Assembly: GCA_963665815.1 (NCBI GenBank)
Contig: OY762463.1
Span: forward strand, 2,816,001 to 2,880,000
Direction of reading: 5' to 3'
Length of the DNA: 64,000 nt
Source of the DNA: Candidatus Cloacimonadales bacterium
GTDB taxonomy: Bacteria > Cloacimonadota > Cloacimonadia > Cloacimonadales > JAIOQZ01
The position numbers and the translations under genes are program-made. The notes below the pieces were generated by a model. That model searched no databases and was not told the DNA's origin. It worked only from the letters and a program-made list of their open reading frames with translations. Positions 1 to 9,107 of the stretch are shown piece by piece. Each line of letters opens with the position of its first letter. The stretch's first letter is position 1.

Positions 1-361
1 TTATACTGTTCCATTGAATCGGACTGTCAGTCCTTTCAATAAAACCAAGTTTACCGGAACCAATTGGATTTGAAAAATAAAAATCTGATTCTAGATCCTG
101 GGAGTAATATTCCGGAAAATAACCGAAATATTCTGAATTGGTTTTAGCAAAATGAACTGCTCTGTTCCATGGATAGAAATCCGTGCTGAATTCATAGCCC
201 ATCTGTTCAAAGGCTTTTTTTACAATTAGAGTTGTTAATCCTTGCTCTGTCATAGAGTCGCTTGTATAAGGCGGCCATTCCAGAGTTGTTAGTTTTACAG
301 TATTCTGAGCAAAAATATTGAAACTGAAAAGGAAGATAATTATAACCCATATCGTTTTCAT
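1..361 (-). CDS. Extracellular solute-binding protein, family 3-like (partial, runs off window start)
   Basis: Not in ORF track; manual translation from ATG at 361 (AAGGAG upstream) gives MKTIWVIIIFLFSFNIFAQNTVKLTTLEWPPY...FYPWNRA; signal peptide plus WPPY and PWxRA motifs of SBP_bac_3-like proteins. Confidence 0.75.
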   Translation of the reverse strand, partial: MKTIWVIIIFLFSFNIFAQNTVKLTTLEWPPYTSDSMTEQGLTTLIVKKAFEQMGYEFSTDFYPWNRAVHFAKTNSEYFGYFPEYYSQDLESDFYFSNPIGSGKLGFIERTDSPIQWNSI

Positions 362-436
362 AGAGAACTCCTTAAATTATTATGTATAACATAGATAATT
401 TAAACTTAACCTGTAGAAAACAAAATTGATTTTAAA

Positions 437-1258
437 TTATCTGATAATCAATATTTTATTAAGTCTGATGTGGGATCCTGTTAGGAGTCTGCATAGATAT
501 ACTCCTGAGGCATTATTGTCAGGGTACCATGAAATCATATTACTTCCTTTGGGAAATACCTTCTGCTTGAGCGTTTTTACCTTTTGACCTTTAAGATTAT
601 ATATATCAATTCTGGTAAATCTACTTTCAGGAAGAGAGAAAAAAATATTTACAGCACCATCAGATTGTAATCCTGAGCAATAAATCCGGATATCAGCATC
701 TGATAGTTCTACATCCGAAGTACTTGATGAGGGTTGAGTTATCAGATTTAATGTGTGAGTCCAGCTATGATCCTCACCGCTTACAAACCAATTGTAATTA
801 CTGATAGTTTCAGAACCATACCAGGGATCCATTGCATAGAGCAAATTACCGTCTAAACCTTTACCGGTAACAAAGTGACCACCTCCGGAATCCCATCCCC
901 ATCGTATTACAAATGGTCTACCAGTTGTAATCAGATTGCCGACTTCGTCAATGCTCAGATATCTTTCAAAAGCCTGGGAATCAAGTTGTCCTAAATGTTG
1001 CAGAATATTATCTATCCCGTTTCTGGTTGGATTAGTCGTTTGCCCATACAGCCAGTTCCATGTGTTAATCCCATCTGTACCATAGGCAGCAATCTGAGTC
1101 TGGGTCAGAGATATTCCATAGTAACTGAAAATTGCCTGTGAACATCCTGCCCAGCACCATTGATCCTGCTCCTGCTGGACATTCGGAATGTTCAGTATAA
1201 CTGCAAATAAAGGAAAAGACAGCAAAAATAAACATAGAAAAACTGTTAATTTTCTCAT
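437..1258 (-). CDS. Secreted papain-like cysteine peptidase (C39-like/C70-like) with C-terminal FlgD-Ig/T9SS-A-like sorting domain
   Basis: Signal peptide; QQEQDQWCWAG (Gln/Cys), GGGHFV (His), MDPW (Asp); C-terminal IYNLKGQKVKTL...SGVY motif. Confidence 0.75.
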   Translation of the reverse strand: MRKLTVFLCLFLLSFPLFAVILNIPNVQQEQDQWCWAGCSQAIFSYYGISLTQTQIAAYGTDGINTWNWLYGQTTNPTRNGIDNILQHLGQLDSQAFERYLSIDEVGNLITTGRPFVIRWGWDSGGGHFVTGKGLDGNLLYAMDPWYGSETISNYNWFVSGEDHSWTHTLNLITQPSSSTSDVELSDADIRIYCSGLQSDGAVNIFFSLPESRFTRIDIYNLKGQKVKTLKQKVFPKGSNMISWYPDNNASGVYLCRLLTGSHIRLNKILIIR

Positions 1259-1887
1259 CTATCTCTCTCCTTTTCCTGTCCAATAGCATCAGTACAGTAT
1301 CTTTCAATTTCAGAAATTGTTTCGTTTATATTTTGGTGTGTAAATGTAAGTTTCTGCTTTGAAACATCTTCAGGCTTTAACAAAGTAACACTGTCCGGAG
1401 TAAATGATGAGTGTATATACACAGTTCCGGTAAGTCTGAGCTGATATAACTCAACATCCTGAATATCATCATTGGAATTCTTCAGATATTCAGAAACAGA
1501 TAAGGCAAGTGCTCTATATCCTATACTTACTGCCTGATATTTACCGTTAAATCTATCGATTAGCAATAAACAACATATATTTCCATTTACTAATACCGGA
1601 ACATACCACAATAATGTTTTTTCTGAAATTGATGTGAAGCTTGAGTTATTGTCAGCATAGAGAACTTTATGAGGATTAATTACTGCAATCTGAAAAGGAG
1701 TACCGAGTCTGGCATCGTAAATCTGAACTCCTGACTGAAATCCATAACTCTGAATGTTAATTTCGGGAATTGCTTCCAGATACATCATTAAATCTCTATT
1801 TGCAGCACCTAGAATTTCTTTGTAGTCATTACACCATATATGCAAAAGAAAGAATACAAGAATAACTGAAAAAAATATACGTTTCAT
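1255..1887 (-). CDS. Secreted hypothetical protein, possible stand-alone propeptide/inhibitor of the adjacent peptidase
   Basis: 210 aa, N-terminal signal peptide, GGAG SD; 4-nt ATGA overlap with the peptidase gene. Confidence 0.6.
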   Translation of the reverse strand: MKRIFFSVILVFFLLHIWCNDYKEILGAANRDLMMYLEAIPEINIQSYGFQSGVQIYDARLGTPFQIAVINPHKVLYADNNSSFTSISEKTLLWYVPVLVNGNICCLLLIDRFNGKYQAVSIGYRALALSVSEYLKNSNDDIQDVELYQLRLTGTVYIHSSFTPDSVTLLKPEDVSKQKLTFTHQNINETISEIERYCTDAIGQEKERDR

Positions 1888-2069
1888 TGTCGCTCCTGCT
1901 CACAACATCATAAATTTTCTGTTTTCATCAGAAAAGTCTTTGTTTAATAAAAACATTTCATCAGGAATAATTTGTAAAGTAATTTATTAATTTGTAACCT
2001 GCATTTATTATGTTATCTTATAAGAAAACAAAATGAAACTTTACTTAATCTTAATATAAGAGCTAATGT

Positions 2070-3242
2070 ATGGAATATAAAGTAAAACAGATGAGCAATT
2101 TAAGGAGATTTATTATTCCTGAAGTCGTGTTTGGGCAGGGATCCAGATTTCTTACAGGAAAATTCTGTTCGAATTTCGATGTTAATAAAGTCCTCATTGT
2201 AACAGATAAAGGAATCATTGATAAATTCTGGTTTAAGGAAATTTGCAGCAGTATTGAAGATTCTGATATTCAGTTCACGGTTTTCTCAGATGTTTTTCCT
2301 AATCCAAGAGATTTTCAGGTAATGAATGGTGTAAAAGCTTATAATGAAAATAAGTGTGAAGCAATTGTTGCTGTAGGGGGTGGCAGTCCAATGGACTGTG
2401 CAAAGGGAATTGGGATAGTTGCCATGAACCAGGGGCACATTCTCGACTATGAAGGTGTGAACCAGATTGAAAAGCCTTTGCCTCCTATGATATTTATCCC
2501 ATCAACAGCAGGAACATCATCAGATGTTTCTCAATTTACTATTATAAGCGACACAACAAGAAAGGTAAAAATAGCAATAATAAGTAAGATAATTATTCCG
2601 GACGTAGCTTTGATAGATCCAGAAACAACTGAAACAAAGGGTAGATTTCTTACAGCTTGTACAGGAATGGACGCTCTTGTACATGCAATGGAAGCTTATG
2701 TGTCAATTGCTAACTCAAAGCTTACTGATGTTCACGCTCTCGAAGCAATAAAGTACATATTCAGAGATCTCCCAGAATTGCTGAAAAATCCAGATAATAA
2801 GCAGTTAAGAGAAAAAATAATGTATGCCAGTATGGAAGCCGGATTTGCTTTTTCCAATGCTATACTTGGTGCTGTTCATGCAATGGCTCATAGTCTTGGG
2901 GGGTTAATGGATCTTCCGCATGGTCTTTGTAATTCTTTGTTGCTGGAACATGTTATTGGTGCTAATTATGTTGCTGTACCAAATAGGTACAAAACTATTG
3001 CATCTGAGATTGGGGTGGATTATGTTGGGAAAGATCGAGAGTATCCTAAACAGAAGCTTATTGAAAAAACAATTGATTTAAGAATATCTGTGGGTATTGA
3101 TACGAATCTTTCTAAGGTGGGAGTAAATGAGGAGCTGATTCCTAGACTGGCAGAGTTTGCCCATAATGATGCCTGTCTGTTAACAAATCCTCGTAAATTG
3201 ACTGTGGAAGAATTAGGAGAATTATATGTCCAGGCTCTCTGA
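2070..3242 (+). CDS. ercA: Iron-containing alcohol dehydrogenase-like protein (ErcA-like)
   Basis: GGGSPMD, GMDALVHAMEAY, GAVHAMAH and PHG motifs of Fe-ADH; N-terminal LRRFIIPEVVFG like ErcA; true start may be 2091. Confidence 0.8.
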   Translation: MEYKVKQMSNLRRFIIPEVVFGQGSRFLTGKFCSNFDVNKVLIVTDKGIIDKFWFKEICSSIEDSDIQFTVFSDVFPNPRDFQVMNGVKAYNENKCEAIVAVGGGSPMDCAKGIGIVAMNQGHILDYEGVNQIEKPLPPMIFIPSTAGTSSDVSQFTIISDTTRKVKIAIISKIIIPDVALIDPETTETKGRFLTACTGMDALVHAMEAYVSIANSKLTDVHALEAIKYIFRDLPELLKNPDNKQLREKIMYASMEAGFAFSNAILGAVHAMAHSLGGLMDLPHGLCNSLLLEHVIGANYVAVPNRYKTIASEIGVDYVGKDREYPKQKLIEKTIDLRISVGIDTNLSKVGVNEELIPRLAEFAHNDACLLTNPRKLTVEELGELYVQAL

Positions 3243-4845
3243 TGCAGATAATGCCGTAATAATGGAAATAATGGGGCTTGGTTCCAAATCTGTACAAAAA
3301 AGCTATTATCCCCAACTCAGGCAAAAGTTGATTGAGTTTGAAAAGGAGAAAGAACGATACAGAACTATAATATCTGCATTAAGTGATATGATATTTGTGA
3401 TGGATGAAAATAATCGTCTGTTAGAATACTATGGATCTGGAGTTGTAGATCTTTTATCAACTGATGACCTTGAAAATAAAAGAGCAGAGGATGTAGCTGA
3501 TTTCCCCTGGTTGACTGAATATAATAAAGCATTAAATTACGTAAGAGAAACAGGACAGACATATCACATGAGTCTTGTACGGAATATCAAGGGTGATAAA
3601 TGGTTTTCTGCTGATTTTAATCTACATGAAAACAAAAAGTATGTAGTAATATCCGTAAGAGATGTTACCGAAATCAGGAATACAAGAATAGAATTGGAGA
3701 AAACGAAGAACTATATTGATGATATACTGAATTCCATGCCTTTTATGCTGATAGGTGTTGACTGGGATTTAAATGTAACACAATGGAATAAAAGCGCTGT
3801 ATCACAAACAGGAGTTTCTGTAGAGAATGCAAAAGGAAAATCAATATCCAAATTACTTCCGTTGACGAATTCTATAATTGAAACAATCAATGACAGTTTG
3901 GAAAAATCTGAGGTGAGATTGCTCTCAGGGCAGAAGAGGTATCAAGATACAAAGCTTATCTATGAAGATATTACAATATATCCTTTAACAGATAGTGTGT
4001 CCTCCGGAGCTGTAATTTTGATTGAGAATGTAAGTGAATTTATTAAACTTCAGAAGGCAATGCTTCAGTCGGAGAAGATGATGACTGTTGGAGGGCTTGC
4101 TGCAGGAATGGCTCATGAAATAAATAATCCTCTGGCAGGAATAATTCAAAATGCAGAAGTTCTGAAGAACAGACTGTTTGGAGATTCAAATGCGAATTCG
4201 CGTAAAGCCGAATCTATAGGAGTAGATTTTAATCTTGTTAGAGAATACTTGAAACAGAGAAGAATCGATTATTTACTTGAAAACATTGTGAAATCCGGTT
4301 TGCATGCAGCGGCAATTGTAAAAAATATGCTTTCATTTGCTCGAGAAAACAGTGTAATGCAGGAAAAATGCTCGGTCAGAAAAGTTCTTGATAACACGAT
4401 TGAATTAGCTCGCAGTGATTATAATCTGAAAAAGAAGTTCGATTTCAAGAAGATTAAGATAACAAAGAACTATCAGGATCAGGAAGTCTTATTAAGATGT
4501 GATGCTTCCAAGATACAGCAGGTTTTTCTCAATATTCTCAGAAACGGTGCAGAGGCAATGAATTACGTTAAGAGCGTAGACTATACTCCTGAGTTTAAAC
4601 TGGATATTTTCTCCAGAGATAATATGCTATATGTAGAGATAACAGACAATGGTCCCGGAATTGATGATGAAACCATGAAAAATATTTTCAATCCCTTCTT
4701 TACAACAAAAGACGTTGATAAGGGAACAGGTCTGGGATTGTCGATCTCTTTCTTCATAATCAAACAACTTCATAATGGAAATCTCTGGGCTGAATCATTA
4801 CTTGGAGAATGGACAAAATTTATAATTGAGTTGCCAATAGAATAA
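3226..4845 (+). CDS. Cytoplasmic PAS-domain sensor histidine kinase (ErcS-like N-terminus)
   Basis: H-box AGMAHEINNPL, N-box QQVFLNILRNG, DNGPG, F-box PFFTTK, GTGLGL; N-terminal MGLGSKSVQKSYYPQL; no TM helix; no receiver domain. Confidence 0.9.
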   Translation: MSRLSDADNAVIMEIMGLGSKSVQKSYYPQLRQKLIEFEKEKERYRTIISALSDMIFVMDENNRLLEYYGSGVVDLLSTDDLENKRAEDVADFPWLTEYNKALNYVRETGQTYHMSLVRNIKGDKWFSADFNLHENKKYVVISVRDVTEIRNTRIELEKTKNYIDDILNSMPFMLIGVDWDLNVTQWNKSAVSQTGVSVENAKGKSISKLLPLTNSIIETINDSLEKSEVRLLSGQKRYQDTKLIYEDITIYPLTDSVSSGAVILIENVSEFIKLQKAMLQSEKMMTVGGLAAGMAHEINNPLAGIIQNAEVLKNRLFGDSNANSRKAESIGVDFNLVREYLKQRRIDYLLENIVKSGLHAAAIVKNMLSFARENSVMQEKCSVRKVLDNTIELARSDYNLKKKFDFKKIKITKNYQDQEVLLRCDASKIQQVFLNILRNGAEAMNYVKSVDYTPEFKLDIFSRDNMLYVEITDNGPGIDDETMKNIFNPFFTTKDVDKGTGLGLSISFFIIKQLHNGNLWAESLLGEWTKFIIELPIE

Positions 4846-4846
4846 G

Positions 4847-5290
4847 CTATAGTTTTACTATTGTAATACCTTTGTTAGACTTGTTAAAATCTTTATCCTT
4901 ACTCAGTGAGGGTAATCTTCGCAATAATAACTTACTTTTTCCTGAATCAGAATCAAAATATTCACCTTCCACAAAAAAATCTATAATACCATTATTTCTA
5001 AGCCTGTTCAGTACATCTCTCAGGCAGTATCTCAATTCTCCACCAACTCCTGATGATCCATAACCGTGTATCACTTTAACGCAACTGTATCCATCTTTAC
5101 TAAGTTTTATCAAGCTGTTTCTGAGCTTTCTGTCAGCCTCTTCACATGTTGGCATGTTTCTTTTCACATTAAGTACATATAAACCCTTTCTGCTCTGCTT
5201 AGAAGAAGCTCCTTTTAATTTCTGCTGGCAAAAAGGACATGTTGATGTGCTTGCTGACACTTCATTTCCACATATACTGCATAATGGCAT
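4847..5290 (-). CDS. Smr/MutS2 C-terminal domain protein with N-terminal zinc ribbon
   Basis: CxxC...CxxC at N-terminus; VIHGYGSSG and NxGxT motifs of Smr domains. Confidence 0.8.
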   Translation of the reverse strand: MPLCSICGNEVSASTSTCPFCQQKLKGASSKQSRKGLYVLNVKRNMPTCEEADRKLRNSLIKLSKDGYSCVKVIHGYGSSGVGGELRYCLRDVLNRLRNNGIIDFFVEGEYFDSDSGKSKLLLRRLPSLSKDKDFNKSNKGITIVKL

Positions 5291-5302
5291 AGATTCTTAT
5301 CC

Positions 5303-7351
5303 TCAGGCAATTGTTATTCTTCTTTTTCTTAGCATCTGAATAAGATACGAGACAGCATATAGACCAAATCCAATGAAATACATATAGTATCTATATTGCG
5401 AATCAATATTAAGCAGCTTAGTTATTGAAGATGGATAAAAGAAGATTAATGATGTCAGCAGAAAAATCGGAATTTCATACCATTTATTCTTGATAATGAA
5501 CCAGCCTTGAACAGCATTAGTAAATGCGAAAGCTCCCATAATTGCCATGACAAAAATAAGTAATGCCTGACTGAAGGATGATACTCCTACAAGTACAAGC
5601 TCAGGATTGAATACAAACATGAATGGTATTACTCCCGTCCGAAGATCATAAATGAACCCCTGAATTCCTGTTTGTATGGGATTTGACTTAGCAATTGCCG
5701 AAGCTGCATAGGCTGCAAGTCCGACCGGGGGGGTATCGTCTGCCAGAATTCCGAAATAAAAACAGAACAAATGTGCTGAGATTGCCGGAATGGGGCTCAT
5801 TCCTATTTTACCACTTAGTTTTACGATGATAGGTACAGTAATTGATGCCATCACTATATATGTTGCAGTTGTTGGAAGTCCCATTCCCAGAACAAGACTT
5901 GCAATTGCGGTTATAAACAGCAGCAGAAAGATGTTTCCAAGTGAAAGCACTTCTACAATCTGAACAATCATACTTCCGATTCCCATATTAACAATACCTA
6001 CGACAATACCTGCTGTTGCAGTTGCGATTGCAACTGTAAGCATATTTCTGGAACCGGTTTTGAACCCTTCTCCAACAAGATAGACGAACTCTTTGATTCC
6101 GCTGAGTATACCTGAACCATCTTTAATCTTGGTTGCCAGAGATCTGATAAGGATAATAGCGATGATTGTCAGTATTGCTCTGAAAGCACCAAGTTTAGGT
6201 GAAACTCTCATGAATACAAGCTGGTGAACAAGAACAACGAGTGGTATAAGGTAATAATAACCTTTCTTAATAACTTCAGTAAATTTTGGTAGTTCTTCTT
6301 TTGGGAGCCCCTGCATATTTAGTTTTGATGCTTCGAGGTGAGTGATATAGAACAGAGCAAAATATGATACAAGTGCCGGGATTGCAGCAGCTTTTATAAC
6401 ATCGAGATATGGAATAGCAAGGTATTCAGCTATAATAAAAGCAGCAGCACCCATGATAGGAGGCATGAGCTGTCCATTGGTACTTGCTGCAACTTCTGTT
6501 GCCGCAGCAATTTTAGGTGGATAACCCACTTTTTTCATCAATGGAATGGTGAATGTTCCGGTTGTAACAACATTAGCAATACTTGACCCTGAAAACAGAC
6601 CTGTAAAACCACTTGATACAACAGAAGCTTTTGCCGGACCGCCCTTAAATCTTCCCAGCAGAGAAATAGCAAGATCATTGAAGAAAGCACCTGCACCAAC
6701 TTTATCCAGCATTGCCCCGAGAAGTACAAAGAGGAACACGGTCTGAGCTGATACATCTAATGGAATACCGTAAATGCCTTCTGTTGAAAGCACTAACTGA
6801 GTAACATACTTTGTAAGGGATACACCTTTAAATGCCAGAAACCCTGGCATATAAGGTCCAAGAAAAGCATAAGCACTAAAACACAAAGCAATAATAGCCA
6901 GAGCAGGACCTATTGCTCTTCTTGAAGCTTCCAGTAGAAACACAATGGCTGCAAAACCAAGTACTATATCTCTGAGAATGGGTCTACCGGCTCTGGATAC
7001 CAGTCCATCCCAGTCCAATATGATATACAATACTGTTAGTGCACCGATAATAGCAAGTAAGTAATCTACAATGGGAATCTTCTTTTTTTCAGAAAGAAAC
7101 TTAAAACCGATTTTCTTTTTGAACATTGGGATTGTAAGGAAAATAAGAGAGATAGCGAATGCCAGATGAATAGCTCTTACAGCAATAGAGTCAATCAAGA
7201 GATATTCCGGAAGCAACATTTGAAAAACTGCCCAGAGTATCAAAATTGCATCAACAATAACCACATCAAATTTTCTGCTCCGTCGAAGCTTACCTTCTTC
7301 AGCCTCCAGCATTTCAGTCATCTTCTCATTCAAGTTTTTCTTTTTATCCAT
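5303..7351 (-). CDS. TRAP transporter fused permease (4TM/12TM, TAXI-associated)
   Basis: GGPAKASV, SGSSIANV, MPPIMGAAAF, GMGLPTT, DDTPPV motifs; highly hydrophobic. Confidence 0.93.
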   Translation of the reverse strand: MDKKKNLNEKMTEMLEAEEGKLRRSRKFDVVIVDAILILWAVFQMLLPEYLLIDSIAVRAIHLAFAISLIFLTIPMFKKKIGFKFLSEKKKIPIVDYLLAIIGALTVLYIILDWDGLVSRAGRPILRDIVLGFAAIVFLLEASRRAIGPALAIIALCFSAYAFLGPYMPGFLAFKGVSLTKYVTQLVLSTEGIYGIPLDVSAQTVFLFVLLGAMLDKVGAGAFFNDLAISLLGRFKGGPAKASVVSSGFTGLFSGSSIANVVTTGTFTIPLMKKVGYPPKIAAATEVAASTNGQLMPPIMGAAAFIIAEYLAIPYLDVIKAAAIPALVSYFALFYITHLEASKLNMQGLPKEELPKFTEVIKKGYYYLIPLVVLVHQLVFMRVSPKLGAFRAILTIIAIILIRSLATKIKDGSGILSGIKEFVYLVGEGFKTGSRNMLTVAIATATAGIVVGIVNMGIGSMIVQIVEVLSLGNIFLLLFITAIASLVLGMGLPTTATYIVMASITVPIIVKLSGKIGMSPIPAISAHLFCFYFGILADDTPPVGLAAYAASAIAKSNPIQTGIQGFIYDLRTGVIPFMFVFNPELVLVGVSSFSQALLIFVMAIMGAFAFTNAVQGWFIIKNKWYEIPIFLLTSLIFFYPSSITKLLNIDSQYRYYMYFIGFGLYAVSYLIQMLRKRRITIA

Positions 7352-7421
7352 TTATTCTCCATAATCAAGATTTATTTTCAGCTAAATATTTGTGTTTCCT
7401 GGATTCTTAAGTTGTAAGAAA

Positions 7422-7457
7422 TTTTCCTGTTCCAAAGTGGACTTCAGAACAGGAAAA
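7422..7457 (-). terminator. Stem-loop between TAXI receptor and permease genes
   Basis: TTTTCCTGTTC (7422-7432) / GAACAGGAAAA (7447-7457) inverted repeat. Confidence 0.55.
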
Positions 7458-7470
7458 AAATCAGAGCTAA

Positions 7471-8481
7471 TTATTCAATAATCAGTTCAGGTTTGATCAG
7501 TTTATCAAGACCTTTTTCTTTGTAGTACTTCAAAGCTCCTTTATGGATTGGTGCTGAAAGACCTTTAAGCATACTTTCTTTGGTTATCATTTTATATGCA
7601 GGGTGCAGCATTTTAAACTCTTCGAAGTTATCAAATACTTCTTTAGTGATTGCATAAACAATATCTTCGGGTACTTTTGTAGATGACACCAATGTAGCCT
7701 TTACACCTATAGTGTTGATATCCTTTTCGTTTGTTGAAGTAGGATAAAAATCTTTTGAAATTACTGATTTGGCATAATAGCTGTATTTATCAAGAAGTTT
7801 ATCAATTTCAGGACCTGTAATGTCAACAAGTCTGACTTTAAGTCTTCCAGCAGTAGCTTCTTTGATGTTTCCGTTAGGATGTCCTATTGTATAGAAAAAT
7901 CCATCGATTCTTTCATCCTGAATTAATCCGGGAGATTCAACAGGTTTGATATATTCAGCTTTGATATCATTGTCAGCATTGTATCCGATTGCCGTTAAAA
8001 CATCTGTTGCACTGGCAAGATTACCTGAACCTGCAGGTCCGAGATTAATGTGTTTGCCCTTGATATCTTTGATAGTTTTTATTCCGCTTTCTTCGGAGGC
8101 TATTAACGTAATAGATTCAGGATAAATTGAAAAAACAGATCTTAATTCTGTTTGAGGAGTGGTCCATTCTTTCGATTTTCCATAATATGCCAGATATTGT
8201 CTGTCAGATTGAGCAACACCAAAGTCAAGCTCTCCTGATAACACGGAATTGATATTATAAACTGATCCGGCTGTGGATTCGACAGTTGCCTTCAACCCGT
8301 ATTCAGCTTCTTTTTTGTTGATCATTCTACTGATAGCACCACCGGTCGGATAATATACGCCGGTAACTCCACCTGTTCCGATAGTAACGAATCTGGTCCT
8401 TCTGGAATTTCCATTTTGACCACAACTGATAATAAAGAATGTCAGTGAAATAACTAAGAAAAAAACTATTATTCGTTTCAT
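7471..8481 (-). CDS. TAXI-family TRAP solute receptor (lipoprotein)
   Basis: Lipobox IISC, TIGTGGVTGVYY, STAGSVYN, AQSD, PIHKGA; start moved to 8481 because GGAGG lies just upstream. Confidence 0.93.
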   Translation of the reverse strand: MKRIIVFFLVISLTFFIISCGQNGNSRRTRFVTIGTGGVTGVYYPTGGAISRMINKKEAEYGLKATVESTAGSVYNINSVLSGELDFGVAQSDRQYLAYYGKSKEWTTPQTELRSVFSIYPESITLIASEESGIKTIKDIKGKHINLGPAGSGNLASATDVLTAIGYNADNDIKAEYIKPVESPGLIQDERIDGFFYTIGHPNGNIKEATAGRLKVRLVDITGPEIDKLLDKYSYYAKSVISKDFYPTSTNEKDINTIGVKATLVSSTKVPEDIVYAITKEVFDNFEEFKMLHPAYKMITKESMLKGLSAPIHKGALKYYKEKGLDKLIKPELIIE

Positions 8482-8599
8482 ATTACCTCCAAACATTTTT
8501 ATAAGTTAAGTTACAGGAATGTCAAGGTTTTCGTTGTTATCGGGTAACAGATTGTGTTGGTTATTGAATGGAACTCAGTTGTTATGCCTTGCAATGAGG

Positions 8600-8636
8600 A
8601 AACATCAGGATATCATTTTAAGATATCCTGATGTTT
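8600..8636. terminator. Perfect 15-bp stem-loop downstream of the DUF898 gene
   Basis: AAACATCAGGATATC-7 nt-GATATCCTGATGTTT. Confidence 0.7.
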
Positions 8637-8640
8637 AAAG

Positions 8641-8973
8641 TTAAAATTGCTCGATATCTCCATTCTCTGCAAAATAGAGATTGTTTGTTTGCCATCTCTT
8701 GAATCTGCAATAGCCCCAGGGACTGTACAATCCAAAAGTAATGACTGTCATGATTGCAATAAAAAGATAGGTTCCGAACAAGCCTATTCCAGTACCCTTA
8801 AATACGAGCTGTTTCCCATTAATGAACGTTTTTTCAGCAATCCATTTTTGCTGAGCACAATAAGCCCATGGCCAGTATAAGCTGAATGTGATAATTGTTA
8901 AGAAGTTTGTCCAAATCATCAACCACCAGAAACTTAAACCTTTTCCTCTAAACTCAAAATTGCCTGTTGGCAT
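8641..8973 (-). CDS. YjgN/DUF898-family small membrane protein
   Basis: Two internal FxGxG...ITFxLYxPW repeats; start set to 8973 after GGGAGG SD. Confidence 0.8.
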   Translation of the reverse strand: MPTGNFEFRGKGLSFWWLMIWTNFLTIITFSLYWPWAYCAQQKWIAEKTFINGKQLVFKGTGIGLFGTYLFIAIMTVITFGLYSPWGYCRFKRWQTNNLYFAENGDIEQF

Positions 8974-9107
8974 ATTTCCTCCCTTTTGAAATTTGCTGCA
9001 AAAATAAACGAACAAAAGATATAATGTCAAGAATATTATTTTTTGGAAATGCTTGTTTGTTAAAAGTTCCTGATTGACAATATTAAAGAGATCATTAAAA
9101 TATTATC

